From assembly GCA_020721865.1 (NCBI GenBank), contig DYLW01000001.1, positions 13,563 through 77,562 of the forward strand: a DNA stretch of 64,000 bases, read 5' to 3'. Position 1 is the first letter of the stretch; the number at the start of each line of letters is the position of its first letter. Source of the stretch: Leptospira biflexa (GTDB lineage: Bacteria > Spirochaetota > Leptospiria > Turneriellales > DYLW01). Of the stretch, positions 57,296 through 64,000 are shown in pieces. The notes under the pieces are model-generated. The model did not search any database and was not told the origin of the DNA. It saw nothing but the letters and a program-made list of their open reading frames with translations. The position numbers were made by a program, and so were the translations under genes.

Positions 57296-58667
57296 GGGAT
57301 TCTCTCATACGGAAAAAGAAATTGAACAAATAAAAATCTGCATAGTTGGTACCGAGGTCATCAATGGTTTTGTCCTGGATACCAACTCCAGATTTTTTGC
57401 ATCCCGTCTCTACCAGATTGGGTATCGTGTTTCGGAAATACGCAAAATCCGGGATGATCCTGCCGATGTGCTTCGCTGCTGGGGGGAATTTTCATCGGAT
57501 AAAAAAACCCTGATCATCAACTCCGGAGGTCTGGGACCCACGGATGACGATCTGACTGTGGATCTGGCCGCCAAGTTCACCCAGGATGAAATCATTTTTC
57601 ATGATCCCACGGTTTCCCGCATCCGGCACTATCTCCAGTCCAGATACGCCAACGATCCGGAAAAACAATCGGAACGGTTTCTGGAACGTATTCTGAGACA
57701 GGCCCGCACATTAAAAAACGCACAAATTATCCGCAACCCCAAGGGATTCGCTCCCGGTTTATGGATTAAGAAAATTCCCTTCATCGCCCTGCCCGGCTTT
57801 CCCAAAGAAATTGAAGGGATGTGGGATGAGGTGGAGCAAATCATTGGGGATCTAAATATTCCCCGGTATGAAACCCATGTATTTCCCGTCTGGGGAATTC
57901 CGGAAAGTGAGCTGTATGACAAAATAACCATGCCGGAGGGGTTCATCCATGGCGTTCATGCCCTGTATTATGGTACAAAGTTATTTCTGCAATCGGAGAA
58001 ACCAGTGGCCGATCAACCGGAAATCCGGGAACAAAACGGCAAATATTCCGGCATAAAGAAAAATCAAACCATAGCCGATCTGGATAAACAATTAAAGAGC
58101 ACCTTCCCCGGATTGGTGACCAATAACCCTTTTGGGGAATTCATGGATTATTTAATGCGTAATCATCTGACCATCACCACCGCAGAAAGCTGTACCGGTG
58201 GATATATTGCCAATGAAATAACCAGCATTCCCGGTGCCTCCCGGGTTTTTCCGGGATCTCTGGTGGTGTACCATAACCTTTCCAAGGAAAAGCTCCTGGA
58301 TGTTCCTCCGGAAATTCTGGAAAAACAGGGAGCTGTGAGCGAAGAAACTGCTTTTTATATGAACCGGGGGCTGAAGACCAGATTTCCATCGGATTTCCGG
58401 GTGGCCGTGACCGGCATTGCCGGACCCGATGGGGGCACCAAAGAAAAACCGGTGGGTACGGTGTTCATTTCTATTGGTTTTGGGGACAATATTTACGTGG
58501 GCCGATTTTTATTCCCGTTTGGAAGGGATAATTTCAAAAAGGCTGTCCATTCGGCAGTTTTTCAGAATCTATATTTACGTTTCCTGTATTATACATCTGA
58601 TGAAGAATGGCTTTCTTCCACAAGCGGAGCCGGGTTTAAAAAAATCCCGGAATCTTTTGCTCCTTAG
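57258..58667 (+). CDS. cinA: CinA-family protein (molybdopterin-binding domain + PncC NMN deamidase)
   Basis: GTEV..G..LDTN, GGLGPTDDDLT, LPG.P.E, TAESCTGG, GAVS, TGIAGP.GG...KPVG. Start uncertain (57258 or 57282). Confidence 0.92.
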   Translation: MKRKCWSFLKHFEGFSHTEKEIEQIKICIVGTEVINGFVLDTNSRFFASRLYQIGYRVSEIRKIRDDPADVLRCWGEFSSDKKTLIINSGGLGPTDDDLTVDLAAKFTQDEIIFHDPTVSRIRHYLQSRYANDPEKQSERFLERILRQARTLKNAQIIRNPKGFAPGLWIKKIPFIALPGFPKEIEGMWDEVEQIIGDLNIPRYETHVFPVWGIPESELYDKITMPEGFIHGVHALYYGTKLFLQSEKPVADQPEIREQNGKYSGIKKNQTIADLDKQLKSTFPGLVTNNPFGEFMDYLMRNHLTITTAESCTGGYIANEITSIPGASRVFPGSLVVYHNLSKEKLLDVPPEILEKQGAVSEETAFYMNRGLKTRFPSDFRVAVTGIAGPDGGTKEKPVGTVFISIGFGDNIYVGRFLFPFGRDNFKKAVHSAVFQNLYLRFLYYTSDEEWLSSTSGAGFKKIPESFAP

Positions 58668-58718
58668 AAAAAAAGGTTTTCAACCTGAAAAACTATCCCA
58701 TCCTGCATCTGTCCAAAA

Positions 58719-59606
58719 ATGAAATCCTGGGTTATCATCATTTTCGTTTTATCTGTAGCCTGGATGGCAACAACCAGAGATGGAACACCTGCCAATATCA
58801 ATCTTTCCCCGGCGGAAAAAATAATCGGTAATAACGGGGTGATTACCACCTTAGCGATATCTCCCTCCGGGAAACTGATTGCTTACAGTTCAGACATCCG
58901 GGATGGGAAAGGAGACATTATTCTGTATAATCTCAGTACGCGTTCGGGAGAATACCTGACCTTTAATCCCGCGATTGACTCCCAGCCTGTTTTTTCACCG
59001 GACGAGAAATTTATTTATTATTTTTCCAAGAGAGATAATATTGGCGGGATTTTCCGGATTACACTGGAGAAACCTTATACGGTCATTAGAATTTCACCGG
59101 AACAATACTGGTGCGAATTCCCGGATGTTTCCAAAGATGGGAAAAAATTGGTATATTATTCTAAAAGAGATAATACATATCATCTTTACGAAATGGATTT
59201 GACCTCGAATACAGAGATGCGTTTAACGGACGATAATTTTTTTCACTTTGGAAGCCGTTACAGTTCGGATGGAAAATTCATTCTATATTACAGCAATGCA
59301 GAAGGAATATTTTCTGTTTTTTCCCTGAATAAAAAAACTAAGGAAAGAAAAAAAATAAATAAGCTTCCGGGGTTCAGTTTCCAACCTTCCCGGGATTTCC
59401 AGAATTCCTTTTATTTTGCTGTGAATAATCATTATCATGGGAATTATGATATTTTCCTCATTCCGTTCTCTGGAGAAGAAATACAAGCGACAAAATCTTT
59501 TGCGAATGATTTTTACCCCTTTGTGGATGAAAAAAACCGGATGCTTTATTTCATTTCCCAGAGAGAGGGCGAATATGGTATATACAGAAAAAAATTTTTA
59601 AAATAA
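58719..59606 (+). CDS. Exported TolB-like/PD40 beta-propeller protein
   Basis: Signal/anchor helix. Repeats ISPSGK.IAYSS, FSPDEK.IYY.S, VSKDGKKLVYYS, YSSDGK.ILYYS. Confidence 0.85.
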   Translation: MKSWVIIIFVLSVAWMATTRDGTPANINLSPAEKIIGNNGVITTLAISPSGKLIAYSSDIRDGKGDIILYNLSTRSGEYLTFNPAIDSQPVFSPDEKFIYYFSKRDNIGGIFRITLEKPYTVIRISPEQYWCEFPDVSKDGKKLVYYSKRDNTYHLYEMDLTSNTEMRLTDDNFFHFGSRYSSDGKFILYYSNAEGIFSVFSLNKKTKERKKINKLPGFSFQPSRDFQNSFYFAVNNHYHGNYDIFLIPFSGEEIQATKSFANDFYPFVDEKNRMLYFISQREGEYGIYRKKFLK

Positions 59607-59618
59607 CGGAGATTACCA

Positions 59619-62189
59619 ATGATACAGGGTGCACTGAAACTTGTTTTTGGCTCAAAATATGAAAGAGATATAAAAAAGATGAAACCGATTGTGGAGCGGG
59701 TTCGCTCCCATGAAGAAGCCATAAAAAAACTGAACGATTCCGCCCTTTTGGGAAAAACATCGGAATTTAAGGAAAGATATGGGAAAGGTGAATCTCTGGA
59801 TTCCCTCCTTCCGGAAGCATTTGCTGTCGTCCGGGAAGCATCGATCAGGACACTCAAGCTGAGACACTACGATGTCCAGATTATGGGGGGGATTGTTCTG
59901 CATTCCGGCTCCATTGCGGAAATGAAAACTGGAGAAGGGAAAACCCTTACCTCCACCCTGGCCATTTATCTGAATGCACTCACCGGTAAGGGCGTGCATG
60001 TGGTCACCGTCAATGATTATCTGGCAAAACGGGATGCCCAGTGGATGTCCCCCATTTATTCTTCTCTGGGGCTCACGGTAGGATCCATTGTCTCCAATAT
60101 GGATCACCGGGAGCGTCAGAGTTCCTATTCCAAAGACATAACCTATGGAACCAATAATGAATTCGGTTTTGATTACCTGCGGGATAATATGGTGGACCAC
60201 CGTTCGCAGATGGTACAGAGGGGGCATTATTTCGCTATTGTGGATGAAGTGGACTCCATTTTAATTGACGAAGCCAGAACTCCTCTCATCATCAGCGGCC
60301 CCACGGAAGAAAACACAGATATCTATCTAACCGTAAATAAAATCATCCCTCGATTAGAGGATAAAGTGGACTTTGAAATAGATGAAAAAGCCAGAAATAT
60401 TTTAATGACAGAAATGGGGGTTTCCAAAGCAGAAAAACTTCTGGGTCTGGAAAACCTGTATGATCCCAAGAATGTGGATAAAGTACACCATATCCACCAG
60501 GCACTCAAAGCACATTATCTTTTCGCAAGGGATAAGGATTATGTTGTCCAGAATAATGAAGTGATCATCGTGGATGAATTCACCGGACGGCTAATGGAAG
60601 GACGCCGTTATTCTGATGGACTGCACCAAGCTTTAGAGGCAAAAGAAAGAGTGGCCATTAAACAGGAAAACCAGACCCTGGCCACCATCACTTTCCAGAA
60701 CTACTTCCGTATGTATGAGAAACTTTCCGGAATGACGGGAACTGCGGATACAGAAGCGGTGGAATTCAAAAAAATCTATAATCTGGATGTTAAAGTTCTG
60801 CCCACCCATAATCCCATGATTCGGAAAGATAATCCGGATAAGGTTTACCGGACGGAAAAGGAGAAATTTAACGCTATTGCGGATCATGTAAAAGAATGCT
60901 ACCTGAAAGGACAGCCAGTGCTTTTAGGTACGGTTTCCATTGAGAATTCGGAAAAACTCGCCAAACTCCTGACCCAGAGGGGAATTCCTCACTCCATTCT
61001 AAACGCAAAATATCATGAAAAAGAAGCGGAAATCATTAAAGATGCCGGACAGAAACATAAGGTAACCATAGCCACCAACATGGCGGGGCGGGGTACAGAT
61101 ATTGTGTTAGGGGAAGGTGTCACGGATGTGGGAGGTCTGTTTGTTATCGGTTCCGAACGGCATGAAAGCCGGCGTATTGATAACCAGTTAAGAGGCCGCT
61201 CCGGAAGACAGGGGGATCCGGGGGCATCCACCTTTTATCTTTCGCTGGAAGATGATCTGATGCGCATCTTTGGTTCCGACCGGATTGGTCCCATTATGCA
61301 GAGACTGGGTATGCAGGAAGGGGAAGCCATTGAACACCGGATGGTTTCCAAAGCCATTGAAAGAGCCCAGAAAAGAGTGGAAAGCCATAACTTTGAGATC
61401 AGAAAACACCTTCTGGAATATGATGATGTTATGAACAAGCAGCGGGTTTTTATTTACGGCATCCGAAGCCGGATATTAACCCAGGAAACCATCCATGATA
61501 TGATCCAGGATTTTATCCGGGATATAATAGCAGAAAAAATAAACCTGTTTATCCCCGGCAAGAATGCAGCAAACTGGGATTTGGAAGGATTTTCTATCTG
61601 GTTTTCCGATATTTTCCAGAAAAACCTGTCCATAACAGAAGATACTCTCCATTCCATGAATCCCCAGGAAACCATGGATTTTTTTATCAACCATGGGCTG
61701 GAAGCATATAAAGCCAGGGAGGCAAGTGTCCCCCGTGGGACGTTCTCTATACTGGAAAGAATGGTTCTTCTGCAGGTATTGGATCAGAAATGGAAAGACC
61801 ATCTTTATGCCATGGACCATCTCAAAGAAGGCATCTGGACGATGGGTTATGCCCAGAAAGAACCTCTTGTGGAATACCGCATCCAAAGTTTTTCCCTTTT
61901 TGAGGAAATGGTGGCCATCATCAAAGAAGAGACTCTGGAATTTATTTTCCGGGCACAGATACGGGAGGAACTGGAAGAGGATGTTCCGGAAGAATTCCAT
62001 TTACAGGGAGAAGCCAATTATGTGCAAAGCGGGAGCCTGGGAGTAAGGGAAATCCAGCCATTGACATCACCCGTGACCATCCATAACGAGCGGTTCCAGC
62101 GAACAGGGAATCCCTCCGGGTCTTCTGTGGCCGCACAGAAAACCGCTGGTGGAGGTTCCCAGAGAAAAAGCACGCGAAGAAAAAGATAA
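59619..62189 (+). CDS. secA: Preprotein translocase ATPase SecA
   Basis: [65 protein letters not shown]. Confidence 0.98.
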   Translation: MIQGALKLVFGSKYERDIKKMKPIVERVRSHEEAIKKLNDSALLGKTSEFKERYGKGESLDSLLPEAFAVVREASIRTLKLRHYDVQIMGGIVLHSGSIAEMKTGEGKTLTSTLAIYLNALTGKGVHVVTVNDYLAKRDAQWMSPIYSSLGLTVGSIVSNMDHRERQSSYSKDITYGTNNEFGFDYLRDNMVDHRSQMVQRGHYFAIVDEVDSILIDEARTPLIISGPTEENTDIYLTVNKIIPRLEDKVDFEIDEKARNILMTEMGVSKAEKLLGLENLYDPKNVDKVHHIHQALKAHYLFARDKDYVVQNNEVIIVDEFTGRLMEGRRYSDGLHQALEAKERVAIKQENQTLATITFQNYFRMYEKLSGMTGTADTEAVEFKKIYNLDVKVLPTHNPMIRKDNPDKVYRTEKEKFNAIADHVKECYLKGQPVLLGTVSIENSEKLAKLLTQRGIPHSILNAKYHEKEAEIIKDAGQKHKVTIATNMAGRGTDIVLGEGVTDVGGLFVIGSERHESRRIDNQLRGRSGRQGDPGASTFYLSLEDDLMRIFGSDRIGPIMQRLGMQEGEAIEHRMVSKAIERAQKRVESHNFEIRKHLLEYDDVMNKQRVFIYGIRSRILTQETIHDMIQDFIRDIIAEKINLFIPGKNAANWDLEGFSIWFSDIFQKNLSITEDTLHSMNPQETMDFFINHGLEAYKAREASVPRGTFSILERMVLLQVLDQKWKDHLYAMDHLKEGIWTMGYAQKEPLVEYRIQSFSLFEEMVAIIKEETLEFIFRAQIREELEEDVPEEFHLQGEANYVQSGSLGVREIQPLTSPVTIHNERFQRTGNPSGSSVAAQKTAGGGSQRKSTRRKR

Positions 62190-62192
62190 AAA

Positions 62193-64000
62193 TTACAGGG
62201 AATCCAAAACGTTCCGGATTTCCTGGATTTCTTTTTCTGCCTGCTCTGCCTTTTGTCTTTCTGCATTCAAGAGTTCTTCCGGAGCATGGGTCGCAAAATC
62301 CGGGTTGTTCAGCTTCGCGTTTATTTTTTCCAGATAAGACTTTTTATTCTGGAATTCTTTATCCAGCTTGTTTTTTATTTTTTCCAGATCCACCAGATGG
62401 GCAATGTCCGCCACGACAAAACCATTCTTCAGGGTAATTTTATAACCCGTTTTCTGGATAGCTTCCCTGCTCCAGATAATTTTATCCGCTCCGGAAAGTT
62501 TCATAAGAGAATTCTGGAATTTCTCCAGAAAAATCAGTTCTTCCTCCACCGTATAAATATGTAGAGTGATTTTTTCTTTGGGCGGGATTCCCAGCTCTCC
62601 TTTCATATTCCGGGTTCGGTATATTATCTCCAGAAGCAGATCCACATGAATGGCCGATGTAAAATCCATATCCAAATATTGTTTCTCCGGCCAAGATGCA
62701 TTCATAATGGATTCATCCGGATACCAGTAAGAATGGAGTTCCTCCGTTATAAACGGCATCACTGGATGCAAAACCTTTAACATAGAAAGAAAAATGAAGT
62801 TGAGAATATGGAGAGTGGAACTTTCTTCTTCCGGGATATTTTTTTCTTTTTCTTCTGCAAGAGATAATTTTGCCAGCTCAATATAGTGGTCACATAAATA
62901 CTTCCAGGTAAAATCATAGGTCTCCCTTGCATAATCCCCAAAGCGGTATTGTCCAATGGCTTCCTGGACGTTATCCAGCATTGTATTGAAATGACTCAGA
63001 ATCCATAAATCTATCTCATTTAAGGAGTATTGCTTTTCCCGGATTTTATAATCCTCCGATTGGTTCATCCAGATAAAACGGGCGGTGTTCCATATTTTAT
63101 TGGCAAACGCAGAATAACCCTTGAGGCGGCTTTCATCATAGACGATGTCTTTTCCTTCCGGCATAATGCTCATCATAAAAAACCGGAATGCATCTGTCCC
63201 ATATTCCTGCATTTTTTCCAGAGGATCCACCACATTGCCCCTGGACTTGCTCATTTTTTTTCGTTCCGCATCCCGGACCAGACCATGGATAAAAACATCC
63301 TTGAACGGGATTTCTTTCTGAAAATGCAAACCAAACATGATCATTCTGGCCACCCAGAAGAAAATGATATCGAATCCGGTAACAAGAACGGAGGTGGGAT
63401 AAAACAAACCCAAATCAGGATTATTGTCTTCCCATTTTTCACCGGTGCTATCCTGGATTAACGTGGAAAATGGCCAGAGCCCGGAAGAGAACCAGGTATC
63501 CAGAACATCCTCATCCCTGCGGATATTTTTGGACCCACATTTTTCGCAAGCCAATGGGTTTTCTTCTTCTGTAACCATCACATGACCACAGTCATTGCAG
63601 TGGAAAGCCGGAATCCGATGTCCCCACCAGAGCTGCCGGGAAATACACCAGTCCTGGATATTCTCCATCCATTCAAAGTATGTATTTTCCCATCGGGAGG
63701 GGATAAATTTTATTTGTCCCTCTCTAACCGCGTCGATGGCTTTTCTTGCCAGTGGCTTGATATCCACAAACCACTGCAGGGATACAATCGGCTCCACCGC
63801 CGTATCACATCGGTAGCAATGCCCCACTCCGTGTTTGATTTCTTCTGTTTTTTCCAGAAATCCGGATTTCTCCAGCTCTTCCAGAATTTTTTTCCGAGCT
63901 TCTTCCCTGCTCAGGCCGACATACTGGAAACCCTTTTCGTTGATTTTCGCTTCATCGTCCATGATCCGGGTCACAGGAAGGTTATGCCTTTTTCCAATTT
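62193..64000 (-). CDS. valS: Valine--tRNA ligase (5' part outside window)
   Basis: DWCISRQLWWGHRIP, DVLDTWFSSGLWPF, TGFDIIFFWVARM, KMSKS, C-terminal coiled coil. Confidence 0.97.
   Translation of the reverse strand, partial: IGKRHNLPVTRIMDDEAKINEKGFQYVGLSREEARKKILEELEKSGFLEKTEEIKHGVGHCYRCDTAVEPIVSLQWFVDIKPLARKAIDAVREGQIKFIPSRWENTYFEWMENIQDWCISRQLWWGHRIPAFHCNDCGHVMVTEEENPLACEKCGSKNIRRDEDVLDTWFSSGLWPFSTLIQDSTGEKWEDNNPDLGLFYPTSVLVTGFDIIFFWVARMIMFGLHFQKEIPFKDVFIHGLVRDAERKKMSKSRGNVVDPLEKMQEYGTDAFRFFMMSIMPEGKDIVYDESRLKGYSAFANKIWNTARFIWMNQSEDYKIREKQYSLNEIDLWILSHFNTMLDNVQEAIGQYRFGDYARETYDFTWKYLCDHYIELAKLSLAEEKEKNIPEEESSTLHILNFIFLSMLKVLHPVMPFITEELHSYWYPDESIMNASWPEKQYLDMDFTSAIHVDLLLEIIYRTRNMKGELGIPPKEKITLHIYTVEEELIFLEKFQNSLMKLSGADKIIWSREAIQKTGYKITLKNGFVVADIAHLVDLEKIKNKLDKEFQNKKSYLEKINAKLNNPDFATHAPEELLNAERQKAEQAEKEIQEIRNVLDSL

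Noticed and set aside
1..64000. CRISPR arrays, IS elements, prophage, anti-phage defence genes, rRNA/tRNA
   Set aside because: No spaced repeats, transposase/integrase motifs, phage structural genes or RNA-gene signatures were seen.

Overview
Gene-dense (about 54 CDS) bacterial chromosomal region, most likely from a spirochaete of or near the Leptospirales. This is an inference from the class II LysRS, WaaA/LPS, the DAMGKSxQGAGG-type SpoIIE phosphatase, the SecA lacking a zinc finger, and the cyclase-FecR pair. Housekeeping genes are folC, yidC-jag-mnmE, lysS-mtnA, acyP-waaA, prfA-ftsW-hisE-trkA-trkH, ddl, hisBHA, secG, cinA, secA and valS. Interleaved with them are a four-gene group 3b [NiFe]-hydrogenase operon, a two-subunit Fe-S fumarase, two dCache chemoreceptors (one with an Aer2-like PAS and a CZB domain), a Cache-HAMP adenylate cyclase/FecR/Ig-repeat module with an orphan PstS-like lipoprotein, a peptidase-propeller-Omp85 fusion with a partner lipoprotein, and several uncharacterised envelope proteins. 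I saw no rRNA, tRNA, CRISPR array or transposase. At the DNA level CCGG is strongly over-represented in the stretches I counted by hand, and CTAG appears nearly absent. All product calls come from motif recognition by eye; no database search was run.
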